DNA of 64,000 nt from an uncultured delta proteobacterium (GCA_963793865.1 CAWCBP010000004.1:1-64000), one strand, 5' to 3'. Shown: positions 30,416 to 40,138, numbered from the stretch's first letter. Notes: a model not told the origin generated them from the letters alone. Numbers and translations: made by a program.

Positions 30416-31552
30416 TCAGTCGGTTACGGGCAGCGCCTCTTTGCTGTTTGAAACCTGCCCGAGCAGTTCCCGGTAGAGCGCACATATGCTGTCCACCATG
30501 CGCTCCTCATCGAAGAGCCGTACCGCCCGCTCCCGCCCCCGCCGGCCCATTTCCAGGGCCTTCTCCGGATTATCCAGCATGACGGCAAGTGCGTTTGCCA
30601 GCGCATGAGCATCGCCGGGGGGAACAAGTATCCCGGTCTTCCCGTCTTCCACCGCCTCGGGTATGCCGCCCACCCTCGATGCCACCACCGGCTTTCCGGC
30701 CGCCATGGCTTCCACCATCGATCTCCCCAGCCCCTCATCCAGCGAGGGAAGGACAAAAAAGTCGAAGAGCGAGAGGAGCTCCGGAATATCACCCCGAATC
30801 CCGGTAAAAACAACGCGGGGCGCAAGCCCCTGCGATTCCGCCTTGCGCTTCAGGATCGTAAGCTTTTCATCGGAAGCGCCGCCTGCCCCGCCGACGATAA
30901 TGCAGGAAAATCGTCTCCCCTCATCCATCAGCAGCTTCAGCGCGTCCAGAAGAAACGTCATCCCCTTGCGGTCGGAGAGCCGGGCAACCGTCCCGATGAC
31001 CGGGCAGTCGGGCACAAGCGCAAATTCCTTGAGCAGCAGCTCATTTTTAGTCCGGGGCGAGAAATAGTCGAGATCGACCGAGGTATGAATAGTCGTCATG
31101 TGCGACGGCGCAATGCCGGAGCCGATCATGACCTCTTTTATATGACCGGATATGCTGATGATCCGGTGGGTAAGCCGGCCGTAGATAAACCTGCTGAAAG
31201 CGCCGCCTTTGAGCGGCACATGGTTGTGTTTGGTCCTGACGATGACCTTGACCCCGGCAATCCTGCCCGCCAGCACGCTCAGCAGGTGGTCCCGGTACCC
31301 ATGCGCATTGACCAGGTCCACGCGCTCCCTTTTTAAAAAAAGCGACAGCTGCAGCAGCGCCGGCAGGAACCGTTTCATGTCAAGCGGCAGCACCTCCAGG
31401 GAGTGCTCGCGGGCGCTTCTTTCCAGATAGGACCCCGGCTGACATGCCAGTATCACCCGGTACCCTCTCTTCTTGATCCCCCTCACCTCGCTCAGCGTCC
31501 GCATGGCCTGACCGGTCAGCCGCTGCCGTTCTGTATGGAGTATGGTGACCAC
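30416..31552 (-). CDS. GT4 (GT-B) glycosyltransferase
   Basis: VARLSDRKG, PSLDEGLGRSMVEAMAAGKPVVASRVGGIPE. Confidence 0.93.
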   Translation of the reverse strand: MVTILHTERQRLTGQAMRTLSEVRGIKKRGYRVILACQPGSYLERSAREHSLEVLPLDMKRFLPALLQLSLFLKRERVDLVNAHGYRDHLLSVLAGRIAGVKVIVRTKHNHVPLKGGAFSRFIYGRLTHRIISISGHIKEVMIGSGIAPSHMTTIHTSVDLDYFSPRTKNELLLKEFALVPDCPVIGTVARLSDRKGMTFLLDALKLLMDEGRRFSCIIVGGAGGASDEKLTILKRKAESQGLAPRVVFTGIRGDIPELLSLFDFFVLPSLDEGLGRSMVEAMAAGKPVVASRVGGIPEAVEDGKTGILVPPGDAHALANALAVMLDNPEKALEMGRRGRERAVRLFDEERMVDSICALYRELLGQVSNSKEALPVTD

Positions 31553-31555
31553 CGT

Positions 31556-32512
31556 TCATGTCCTCCGCTTGTCCTGGAAACAACTCACAAGTTTTTGATA
31601 GATGCCGGCGAGGCTGCGATGGCTCCTCTTGCGCAGCCGGGTGACCTTACACCTCCGGCAGATCTCGGGGAGCAGGGCGTGGTTCCCCGCCAGAAAATGA
31701 TCCCTGATGCTGTTAAGCTTCTCACCGTGCCAGATGTCACGCAGGGATTTTTCCTTAACGTTCCCCAGCACCACCGTTCGTGACCAGTCCGCGCAGCAGG
31801 GTATGACGTCTCCGTTGTAAAGGATATAGGCACAGCGGTTAAAGCGGTAGCACCTGCCCTTCGCCTCCAGGCCGAAGGGATGCAGCTCATTATCTTCTTT
31901 AATATTGCCGCCTTTATTTTCAAAGGCGACGGTAGTGGCCTTGACGCCTTTTCTCCTCCAGTACCGTTTATACTTTCTGATCTCATCTTCGTTGTGACCC
32001 ACATTGACCATGGAAAGCACCACCCCGGGCCGGGATGCCCTTCTTTCCTTCAGGGTATCCACGAGCAGGTTGATCCCCTTAAATGTCCGGTCATAATTGA
32101 GGCCCATGACCCGCTCATAGGTGTCCCTGGTTATACCCTGGATGCTGATCTTGATCCGGTCGAGACCGGAATCTATCAGCCTGCCGATAATTTTAGGGGT
32201 GAGCACGGAACCGTTCGAGGTAATGGTCACCTCGGTTCCCTCGCCCAGCTTTTCCCTGGCATAGGCAATGCGCTCGGGCAGCTTCCGGTCAAGCAGCGGC
32301 TCATTCATCAGCAGCAGTGATATGCGCTTGGGATGATACCCGGAAGCCTCATCGATGATTTTCTTATAAACCGCATCCTCCATGATGCCATGAGAAATCG
32401 TGCCGGCCACAGCCGGATAGGCGCAGAAAAGACAGTGCGCGTTGCAGTAGGATATGGTCTGGATGTGGAGTCGTACCGGATATTCAGGGGGAGTTTCGTA
32501 TCGTTCAGCCAT
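31556..32512 (-). CDS. Radical SAM protein with C-terminal SPASM/Twitch-like domain
   Basis: CNAHCLFC, NEPLLD, ITSNG, C...YILYNGDVIPCC...LGNV...W...CRRC. Confidence 0.92.
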   Translation of the reverse strand: MAERYETPPEYPVRLHIQTISYCNAHCLFCAYPAVAGTISHGIMEDAVYKKIIDEASGYHPKRISLLLMNEPLLDRKLPERIAYAREKLGEGTEVTITSNGSVLTPKIIGRLIDSGLDRIKISIQGITRDTYERVMGLNYDRTFKGINLLVDTLKERRASRPGVVLSMVNVGHNEDEIRKYKRYWRRKGVKATTVAFENKGGNIKEDNELHPFGLEAKGRCYRFNRCAYILYNGDVIPCCADWSRTVVLGNVKEKSLRDIWHGEKLNSIRDHFLAGNHALLPEICRRCKVTRLRKRSHRSLAGIYQKLVSCFQDKRRT

Positions 32513-32755
32513 GGTTCAGGCACCTCAATGGTTGTTAATTTTAGATTTGCGGATTTCTGAATGCGGATTGAAAAACAGACCAAGGATACAATCCGCAATG
32601 TGAATGTTCAACGTTCGGATTTTCAGACAAACATTTCCTTTAGCACTAACGAAGTCGAACGTTTGACATCCTGCGACTTGATCCAAGTTCCAATGAAATA
32701 ATACTGGATTCTCGTTCGACGTAGAATGACCTTCCAAATCATGCAATGCTTACAA

Positions 32756-33712
32756 TCAGTGGCTGGAATATGCATGAGTATATACATTGCTGATGACTTT
32801 AAGCCCCTGCCCCGGAGATACCGCATCATACTTCCAGCGGCTGTTGATCCAGAACCACTGCTCCGGGTACGCCCTGATGTATCGCTCAATCACCCTGGTG
32901 AACGCGGCCGTGAGAGCGCGTTCATCCTCCTTGCGGTCTCCGGTAACGGGATGCTCAAGGGCCGGTTCAATATAAATGGTATGGGTACCGTCCCCGTTTC
33001 GGGCAATAAAAACAGGCACCACCGGCGAACCGGTGCGGAGCGAGATGACGGCGGGACCGAGGGCGGTCGAGGCAGGCTGCCCGAAAAAATCCACCTCAAC
33101 CCCCGAGTGTTTCTTTTTTTCATCGGTTACCATGCAGACGATTTCATTGCGCCTGAGGCAGGCCAGAATGTTCCGCAGCGCATCCTTCCACGGCTGGACA
33201 TAAATGAACCGCGCCTGCTGTTTTTCCTGGAGCATACGCAAGACATTTGCCACTGCCGTATATTTAGGAAGCTTGACCAGCGAGGCAAAGGGATAGCCCT
33301 CCGCGCACATTTTCATGCCGATCAGGGTGAAATTTCCAAAGTGGGCACTGACCGCTATGACGCCCCTTCCCAGCGCAAGTGCCTTGTCCAGGTGCTCGGC
33401 CCCCTGGATCCGTATCCTGTGCACAAGGTCGATTCGTCTGCGGGTGGCTGAAAAAAACATTTCGGCGACGCTTGTACCCAGATGGCCTCCCAGTTGTTCA
33501 ATAAAGGCCTCCATTTTTTCGGGATGATACGACGGACCGAAGGCAATCTGTAAGTTTTGCGCAATTCTTTTTCTGTACCGGCGGGAGGAGGCTACATACA
33601 GCGCTGCGCCCTTCCTCGCGCAACAGACAAATGCGCGTTCCGGGATAAGACTGCTTAATAAAAACACCCCGCGCATTAACAATCCCAGAATGTAGTAGGT
33701 AAAAACCTTCAT
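32756..33712 (-). CDS. Lipid A late acyltransferase family (LpxL/HtrB), copy A
   Basis: GVIAVSAHFGNF, VDFFG, VVPVF, IERYIRAYPEQWFWINSRW. Confidence 0.9.
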   Translation of the reverse strand: MKVFTYYILGLLMRGVFLLSSLIPERAFVCCARKGAALYVASSRRYRKRIAQNLQIAFGPSYHPEKMEAFIEQLGGHLGTSVAEMFFSATRRRIDLVHRIRIQGAEHLDKALALGRGVIAVSAHFGNFTLIGMKMCAEGYPFASLVKLPKYTAVANVLRMLQEKQQARFIYVQPWKDALRNILACLRRNEIVCMVTDEKKKHSGVEVDFFGQPASTALGPAVISLRTGSPVVPVFIARNGDGTHTIYIEPALEHPVTGDRKEDERALTAAFTRVIERYIRAYPEQWFWINSRWKYDAVSPGQGLKVISNVYTHAYSSH

Positions 33713-35802
33713 GGCGCACTGCCGCTTCTTGCCGCCACCATCTCGGGGGTGTTATTATAGCGCATGAAATTGGCCGTTTCATAAAAACCGTGACAGAGGG
33801 GGGCCATCTCGGCGGTAACTTCCGGGTGCGCATCCATCACATTTTCCCCGGGCGTATCGCTCGCGAGCGCGTGAAGCCTTCGGTTGGTCCCATCCGCGTC
33901 GGTGAGAAAGTAAAAATCATCGCTTATCAGTCCGATCTCGGGCACCTGCCGGTGGCTGATGGTAAAGGCGTAGCGCATCGAATCAAACCGGCTGTCCAGA
34001 AGATCCCTGCCCAGGGTTGAATTTACACAGGGTATTGACGCGAGGCCGGCGATGGTCGGAAGCACATCTACTTCACTCGCCACCTTTGCGTCGGTCTTCC
34101 CCTTATCCACCAGGCCCGGCGCGTAGATGAGCAGCGGCACATGGTACTTGGTGAGCTGCAGCTGATCTTCAGACTTGTACATGTGCTCGGGATGCCGGCG
34201 GCCGGAGCCGTGGTCACCGAAGAATACAAAAATGGTGTTGTCGGCATAGCCATCCGCTTGAGCGGCCTGCACAAAGAACTGTATGCTGTGATCCATGAAG
34301 CGGATGGCATTGAAGCCCGCGACGGACTCGAACCCGTACCTGACCGCCTCATTCTCACTGATCGGCAGCGACCTGAATCCCCGGTTATCCTCGGGGATGG
34401 TGTAGGGACGATGATTGCCCGCCGTTTGTATGAAGGCAAAAAAAGGCCTGTCCTTTATCTCCCGCAGCACCTTATTGGCCTCCTCAAAAAGGTGAAGATC
34501 GCTGATGCCCCACACGTCGGCCCGGGGAGCGGTGTAGCTGCCTTCCTCGTAAACCTTAAGCCCGGGTATGTTGTGTGAAAGGAGCCCGCGGATTTCAGCC
34601 CAGTTGAGGCTCCCCCCCAGGAAATAGAATTTTTCATACCCCTCAAATGCGTTCACAATGCTGTGCTGCCTCACCACCAGCGGGTTGCGGGAAGAGGTTT
34701 TGTTCAGCTCAACATCCGGTATGCCGGTGATGGTGGTGAAAATCGACTGGGCGGTACCGGCCTGGGGGGTGTAAAAGCGGGTAAAAATGATTCCGTGCTT
34801 TGCCATGTCATTGAAATAAGGGGTGGGATCCAGAGGATTGCCGGAAACGCTGGTCTTGTAATAGGCAAACGATTCCAGAAAGACGATGACCACGTTGGGC
34901 TTTTTCTGTTCGCCGCCGGCTTTGTGTGAAACCCTGATAAAATTGAGACGCTCCTGATCAGGATTCTCAACACCCAGGTAGGCCGCAATCTTGTCGTAAC
35001 AGGTTCGGACTTTTTCCAGATCATACCTTACTTCCCTGTTCTTGAGCGTGTCAAAGAAGTAAAGCACGGGATTCAGGGCAACGGCAGTGGTAAAGCTGTT
35101 ATTGGTGAAGAAGGCATCGCTCCAGCGCAGCGGATAGTAGGAGAGCTTTCCATAGATGCCCAGCAGGTATAACAGCAGCAATGAACCGGCGGTTATCAGT
35201 TTTCCCGCCCTGCCGGTAGCAAAATCCCGGCTCCGGTTTATTCTACGCGCAATCCATGCGGTAAACATGCCATACACAAGCAGAAAGAGCAGCAGCAGGA
35301 TAACACCCGGTATGACGGGGTAGCTTTCCCATATCATTTGAAAGGATATGTCGGGGTTATAGAGGAAACTGAGAATGGTGCCGTTAATCCTGCTCTCCAG
35401 GTATCCATAATGTCCGAAATCAAAAAAATAGAACAGAAGCAGCGCGGCACCCAGAATGGTTAGATATCCACACCAGAGCCGCCTGCCCATAACCGTTTTT
35501 ACCACGTGCACCGGCCGTATCCAGGCCAGGAGCAAAAGGGGCAGGTGGATGAGCAGCGCCAGCCGCAGATCAAATTTAAAGCCGATGTAAAATGATTTTA
35601 GGATTACTGAGGACCAAATAATCTCAGCCGGATCATGAAAGACGACCCAGAAAACAATCCGCATGATGGTTAAAAAGACCATGGTGACCAGCACGCTGGC
35701 CAGCAAAAACTGAAACAGTTTCGGCAATCTCTTAAGCACTTTCATATCCTTAATTAGATTAATCTGTACCTTCGTCAGCCGCGAACTGTCAATGCGGGTC
35801 AA
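33709..35802 (-). CDS. LTA synthase-family (LtaS/OpgB-like) membrane sulfatase-fold phosphotransferase
   Basis: About five N-terminal TMs, PNVVIVFLES, candidate catalytic Thr in AGTAQS, NHRPY, FFGDHG, DVLPTI. Confidence 0.9.
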   Translation of the reverse strand: MTRIDSSRLTKVQINLIKDMKVLKRLPKLFQFLLASVLVTMVFLTIMRIVFWVVFHDPAEIIWSSVILKSFYIGFKFDLRLALLIHLPLLLLAWIRPVHVVKTVMGRRLWCGYLTILGAALLLFYFFDFGHYGYLESRINGTILSFLYNPDISFQMIWESYPVIPGVILLLLFLLVYGMFTAWIARRINRSRDFATGRAGKLITAGSLLLLYLLGIYGKLSYYPLRWSDAFFTNNSFTTAVALNPVLYFFDTLKNREVRYDLEKVRTCYDKIAAYLGVENPDQERLNFIRVSHKAGGEQKKPNVVIVFLESFAYYKTSVSGNPLDPTPYFNDMAKHGIIFTRFYTPQAGTAQSIFTTITGIPDVELNKTSSRNPLVVRQHSIVNAFEGYEKFYFLGGSLNWAEIRGLLSHNIPGLKVYEEGSYTAPRADVWGISDLHLFEEANKVLREIKDRPFFAFIQTAGNHRPYTIPEDNRGFRSLPISENEAVRYGFESVAGFNAIRFMDHSIQFFVQAAQADGYADNTIFVFFGDHGSGRRHPEHMYKSEDQLQLTKYHVPLLIYAPGLVDKGKTDAKVASEVDVLPTIAGLASIPCVNSTLGRDLLDSRFDSMRYAFTISHRQVPEIGLISDDFYFLTDADGTNRRLHALASDTPGENVMDAHPEVTAEMAPLCHGFYETANFMRYNNTPEMVAARSGSAP

Positions 35803-36389
35803 TGCTGCACTTCCGCAGTCGGGGATTCATGCCGGTATTTCAAACGCGGGGAATAGTCTTTAATAAACCTGCCTTTGTCACCGGAGGGCAGAAATTCAAA
35901 TCCCAATCCCGATTGCCAGAACGCTTTATCCATGGCATCCTCTCCAGACCATCCTTCGAATTCTATTCTGTACAAGGCCGCTAAAAGAACTGATCTTCCC
36001 ATGCCGTGCTTGCAGTGCACCAGTACCGGCAGATTTTCTTTTTGTGCCATGATCTCCAGAAAGCTATCGATGACCTGATCCTCGGGATGCTGCCCCGAGG
36101 GGAGGTTTATATAATTTACCCCTAATTCTGTCAGGTAAGCACGCTCTCTGTCAACCTCTTTTCGCGGGCTGCGTAAATCAACCACTGTCCTGATCCCTTT
36201 TGCTGCAACCTTTTCCCTTAGTTTATCCATTGGCATCGCAGCCGACTGGTACAGTTTGTTTTCCGAAATGGTGAAAAAACGGTTGTCCACATGAGCCCAA
36301 TAAAGGTATTTCCCGCCCGAGATGACCAGTATCAACAAACCGGCAATCACTATGCTGCTTTTTTTAATTTTCACGGCAGTAAACCCCAT
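35799..36389 (-). CDS. Cys-based (PTP/DSP-family) phosphatase with N-terminal membrane anchor
   Basis: P-loop VHCKHGMGRS, GIRTVVDLR, hydrophobic N-terminus. Confidence 0.88.
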   Translation of the reverse strand: MGFTAVKIKKSSIVIAGLLILVISGGKYLYWAHVDNRFFTISENKLYQSAAMPMDKLREKVAAKGIRTVVDLRSPRKEVDRERAYLTELGVNYINLPSGQHPEDQVIDSFLEIMAQKENLPVLVHCKHGMGRSVLLAALYRIEFEGWSGEDAMDKAFWQSGLGFEFLPSGDKGRFIKDYSPRLKYRHESPTAEVQH

Positions 36390-36400
36390 AAATAAGGTGT

Positions 36401-38062
36401 TTATTCCTGACTTCTTTCGTGATTGGAAGCTATAATAAACTCATCATCCTCTACTTTGCCCTCCTCCCATGAATAAATCCGGAAAGGCAGGGCAGATGCG
36501 ATCTTTTCAAAATCTTCTTTATTCATGAGCAGCAAAAAACGTTTGGGGGGATCCAGCAAAAACAGGCGCAGGTCGGGGAGGGTCTTAATTTCCCTGATTT
36601 CCCCAATCCCGGTGTAAAAAATAAATGCGTCGTTCTTGTGGCAAAAAGAAGCTAACAGCTCATTGTCCTTCATCAGGGATTTAATCCGCAGCGAAAACGG
36701 TTTTGCCGAGTTGAATCCATTGAGGGCGGGAAAAACATACGCCACCGAATAGAGAAACCCGCCTGCCATTATTGCCATAAGCATGGCCAAGGTCAAGACT
36801 TCTTTCCTCTTAATAAACATGATCAGCGCGGCTGTGGTGCTCACGGCCAGGACAAGCACCGGGCCAAAATAATTGAAGTTCTGGTGTTCGCTCTTGAAAA
36901 ACGTGGAGAACCAGGGCAGCAGGATGCTTGCGGCAATCGACGAGCACAGCAGCGTGTAGCAGGGAATCCTGACCAATCCCGAAACCGCATCTTTTCCATC
37001 TTTATCAAAAAACCTGTCCCACAAGCATCCCACCATAAGCGCACATGCCGGCACAAGCGGAAGCAGGTACAAGGTTCTCTTCCCCGAGCAGAAGCTAAAA
37101 AAGACGAATACGACGATGAACCAAACGGCTGGAAATAGAGTGTCCTCTCCCGAAGACCGTCTTCTGCTGCTGAAAGCGTACAGTAATGCGCTGGGAAGGA
37201 ATAAAACCCAGGGAATCACAAGCGGCGGGAAGCTTAGAAGATAGTAATAAAATGGCTCTTTATGGCTCCAGGATTCATAGACCCTGCCTAATATCTGGTT
37301 AAAAATTATCTCATCGAGGTACTTCTTGCCTCCTACTATCACCGAAGGAACCAGCCACAAAAAGATGAGGGTAAAAAAAAGTATAAGGCCTGGATGGAAA
37401 ATAACTTTTTTTACTGCGTTCAGGTCTTTCTTTGCCGTGAGATAAGAGATGACAGTCAGAAGTGGCAGGATAAAACCTACCGGACCCTTAGTAAGTGTTG
37501 CCAGGCCAATAAAAAGATACGAGAGATAATAAAGCCGCGGTGATGTATCCCGATAACCTTTATAAAAGAAAAAGAGGGCGGCTAAAATAAAAAGTGTCAG
37601 GGTCATGTCAAGATTAGCGCGACGACCCAGCCAGAAATATTCTACCGTTGTGGCGAGCACCAGCGCAGAAACAAATCCCGCCCGCGGGCTTTTCAGTTTA
37701 CGTCCGATTAAATAGGTGAGAAGAATACCCAAAACTCCGGCAAGTGCCGATGGAAAACGGGCTGAAAAGGGGCTTACTTCACCTGAAACGGCATAGGATA
37801 GGGCAATCAGCCAGAAAAACACCGGGGGTTTATCGGGATAAATTTTGTTGTTAAGCCGGGGAAGAATCCAGTTGCCGTCGACTACCATTTCCCGGGCAAC
37901 CTGGGCATAGCGAGGCTCATCGGGATTCCAGAGGTCCCAACCACCCAGGTTGTAAAAGAAGATCACAGAGGCAAGAAGGCCCAGGATCAGGAGATGAAAT
38001 GCCGGCCGAGAAAGGATAGCATGTCTTTTTATGACGTCAGGACACAAGATGGTACCATCCAA
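36401..38062 (-). CDS. ArnT-family GT-C lipid-carrier glycosyltransferase, copy A
   Basis: PDEPRYAQVAREM, YPDKPP, ARFPSA, TLTKGPVG, KRTLYLLP; multi-TM. Confidence 0.92.
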   Translation of the reverse strand: MDGTILCPDVIKRHAILSRPAFHLLILGLLASVIFFYNLGGWDLWNPDEPRYAQVAREMVVDGNWILPRLNNKIYPDKPPVFFWLIALSYAVSGEVSPFSARFPSALAGVLGILLTYLIGRKLKSPRAGFVSALVLATTVEYFWLGRRANLDMTLTLFILAALFFFYKGYRDTSPRLYYLSYLFIGLATLTKGPVGFILPLLTVISYLTAKKDLNAVKKVIFHPGLILFFTLIFLWLVPSVIVGGKKYLDEIIFNQILGRVYESWSHKEPFYYYLLSFPPLVIPWVLFLPSALLYAFSSRRRSSGEDTLFPAVWFIVVFVFFSFCSGKRTLYLLPLVPACALMVGCLWDRFFDKDGKDAVSGLVRIPCYTLLCSSIAASILLPWFSTFFKSEHQNFNYFGPVLVLAVSTTAALIMFIKRKEVLTLAMLMAIMAGGFLYSVAYVFPALNGFNSAKPFSLRIKSLMKDNELLASFCHKNDAFIFYTGIGEIREIKTLPDLRLFLLDPPKRFLLLMNKEDFEKIASALPFRIYSWEEGKVEDDEFIIASNHERSQE

Positions 38063-38092
38063 TCAAAGATTCTAACCAAACCCCCATGACAC

Positions 38093-38707
38093 TCACGAAA
38101 TAAATTCCTTCACCATCATGGCAATGCAACCCATAATGATTCCCTGCAGGGTGCTCCGTTCTCTTCTCAATACATTTGCCCAAGCATAATCAGGCCTCGG
38201 GATATGCTGGGGATAATTCACGAAGCCCGCGAGGTTTGGCAACCATCGTGGGACCCTCCGAAAATAATCCTCTGCAGCGGAAGGAAAGAACTCTCTTAAA
38301 CAACCTTCTTCCCAAAGCACAATGCACTGGTATTGAATAAAAAAGAGGATGATGATTACCGGGATGAGCCAGACAAGTTTACTCATCACCGCAAATCCTA
38401 CCAGTATGAGCAGGTTCCCTAAATAAAGGGGATTCCTTATGAAAGCATAGGGGCCAGCCGTAACCAGCACACGAGCTTTCTTCTTTCTGGTACGGGAAAA
38501 CTTCCCTATGTAGCGAAGCGACCAGAGTCGGAGACCTTCCCCGCAGACAAGTAAAAGAGGGCCGCAAGACCATACCAGGATATCATTCTCCAATTCCCAG
38601 CGAAAGCAAAACAGCATAATAAGAATGATGGGGATGGGAGTATAACTCCTCATTTTGAAAAGCCAACTGCCGAAATTTGCAGCAATTCTCTTGATATCAG
38701 TTTGCAT
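38093..38707 (-). CDS. Isoprenylcysteine carboxyl methyltransferase-family membrane methyltransferase (LmtA-like)
   Basis: LRLWS, LVTAGPYAFIRNPLYLGN, WEE, YFRRVPRW. Confidence 0.88.
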   Translation of the reverse strand: MQTDIKRIAANFGSWLFKMRSYTPIPIILIMLFCFRWELENDILVWSCGPLLLVCGEGLRLWSLRYIGKFSRTRKKKARVLVTAGPYAFIRNPLYLGNLLILVGFAVMSKLVWLIPVIIILFFIQYQCIVLWEEGCLREFFPSAAEDYFRRVPRWLPNLAGFVNYPQHIPRPDYAWANVLRRERSTLQGIIMGCIAMMVKEFIS

Positions 38708-38849
38708 GATGCGTTTCTCCTCCGGTTATACCCCTTCCTTGCCGAGCAGATTGCCCATAATTTTATTTATAGTTTTAAAGCACAAGTTTGCACTTCCATG
38801 ATTGATTCTACCGAGATACAGTCTGGATCTTCAGATAAACCCCTGACCG

Positions 38850-38898
38850 GTAGGAGCGGCTTTAGCCGCGATTGCATCGCGTATGAATGCGCTCCTAC
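38850..38898. repeat. GTAGGAGC-family REP doublet (REPIN-like)
   Basis: GTAGGAGCGGCTTTAGCCGCGA...GCTCCTAC; supplies the TAG stop of the adjacent LAB_N gene. Confidence 0.85.
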
Positions 38899-39182
38899 AG
38901 ACTGGCGGCTGCTTTAGTAGGGACTAATTTGCTTCTGCCCTTATATATGAGCATAAGATTTCTGAGATATACAATCAACCCGCAGGCCTGTCCCGCAGTA
39001 AAGACCGGGTCAGCGATATGAATGGCATAAACGAGCAGAATTATCCCGCCTGCTAAACTCAGGTACCAGAAATAGATGGGGAAATAGCTCTCACCTTTTT
39101 TTTCTGATGCGATCCACTGGATGAGAAAGCGCATGAAAAAAGCCGATTGTCCGATGAAACCGATTATGACCCACCAATTCAT
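38895..39182 (-). CDS. LAB_N (lipid A biosynthesis N-terminal) domain small membrane protein, copy A
   Basis: IGFIGQ...MRFLIQWIASEKKGES..P..FWYLSL.GG...DPVF..GQ....VYLRNL. Confidence 0.9.
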   Translation of the reverse strand: MNWWVIIGFIGQSAFFMRFLIQWIASEKKGESYFPIYFWYLSLAGGIILLVYAIHIADPVFTAGQACGLIVYLRNLMLIYKGRSKLVPTKAAASL

Positions 39183-39988
39183 GACTTATCCTCCTCTATT
39201 TCATAATTGAGCTTTCTTTTTTTCATCCAGCGCACCGCCAGAAGATCTATAAAGGACCTCATCATTCTGTTGCGTATGTTGTACTTCGACAATCCATGTC
39301 TTCTAGGCCGGTGATTCACCTTGACCTCGATTACCCTGCCCCCTTCCATTTTGATCAGGGTGGGGAAAAAGCGATGCAGGCCGCTATAGAGTTTCAGCTT
39401 CTTTACACAGGCAGCCTTAAATGCTTTAAGCGAGCAGCCCACATCTATAATTTCCTCATCGCTCAGTTTATTGCGGATATAATTGGCAATGCGTGAGGAT
39501 ATGAGTTTGATGAAGGGATCATTTCGCCGGTAACGCCATCCGCAGACGGCATCGTACTCGCCAATCTTTTTAAGCAGGTGCGGAATATCCAGCGGATCAT
39601 TCTGCAGATCCGCATCCATGGTGATGATGACTTCACCCCTGGCAGCCTTGAAGCCCGCATCAAAAGCAGCGGTCTGGCCACAGTTTCGTTTGAAGGTTAT
39701 GACCCTGACGCGGGGAAATGCTATGCCGAGCTCACCTAAAACAAGATTGCTGCCATCTGTTGAACCGTCATTAACAAAAATAATCTCCCATGATTTTTGC
39801 AGGGATTCCAGAACGTTTGCCAGTTCAGCAGTGAGCGGGCGAAGGTTTTCCTCCTCGTTAAAAACGGGGATAATCACAGAGACCCAAATAGGTTGAGGTA
39901 CTGCGGCAGCAATACAATCCGATTGTGCATCTTCTTGCTTCATCAGCATAGAGGCATGCCCGTTTATGTAGTTCTGGGGGGAGATCAT
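39179..39988 (-). CDS. GT2 polyprenyl-phosphate glycosyltransferase (ArnC/DPM1-like); true start may be downstream
   Basis: VSVIIPVFNEEENL, VNDGSTD, RNCGQTAA, MDADLQNDP, DVGCSLK, LHRF, HRPRRHGLSKY. Confidence 0.92.
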   Translation of the reverse strand: MISPQNYINGHASMLMKQEDAQSDCIAAAVPQPIWVSVIIPVFNEEENLRPLTAELANVLESLQKSWEIIFVNDGSTDGSNLVLGELGIAFPRVRVITFKRNCGQTAAFDAGFKAARGEVIITMDADLQNDPLDIPHLLKKIGEYDAVCGWRYRRNDPFIKLISSRIANYIRNKLSDEEIIDVGCSLKAFKAACVKKLKLYSGLHRFFPTLIKMEGGRVIEVKVNHRPRRHGLSKYNIRNRMMRSFIDLLAVRWMKKRKLNYEIEEDKS

Positions 39989-40043
39989 GCGATGGGCTTT
40001 TAAAAATTCTAATCCTTATATTAATAAAAGATGCCCTACTAAA

Positions 40044-40081
40044 ATTAAAATAAGATTAAAAATATATTAAAAATTATTAAT
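40044..40081 (-). promoter_or_regulatory. PmrA-box-like direct repeats upstream of module A
   Basis: ATTAAA on + strand at 40044, 40055, 40066 (11-bp period; TTTAAT-N5-TTTAAT on the coding strand). Confidence 0.6.
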
Positions 40082-40138
40082 CTATTGTAAGCTTTGGATA
40101 TCCGTTTTCCCGATGTAATCATGGATATTTGAGAACAT
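40082..40138 (-). pseudogene. N-terminal relic of a second histidine kinase
   Basis: MFSNIHDYIGKTDI versus MFSRLHDYLRRLDI of the intact kinase, same overlap with the regulator end, stop after 18 codons. Confidence 0.65.

Noticed and set aside
31556..32512. Radical SAM/SPASM as a RiPP maturase acting on the Lys-rich peptide
   Set aside because: The peptide lies 3.6 kb away in its own transcription unit, no RRE, peptidase or exporter is evident, and the enzyme is embedded among glycolipid genes
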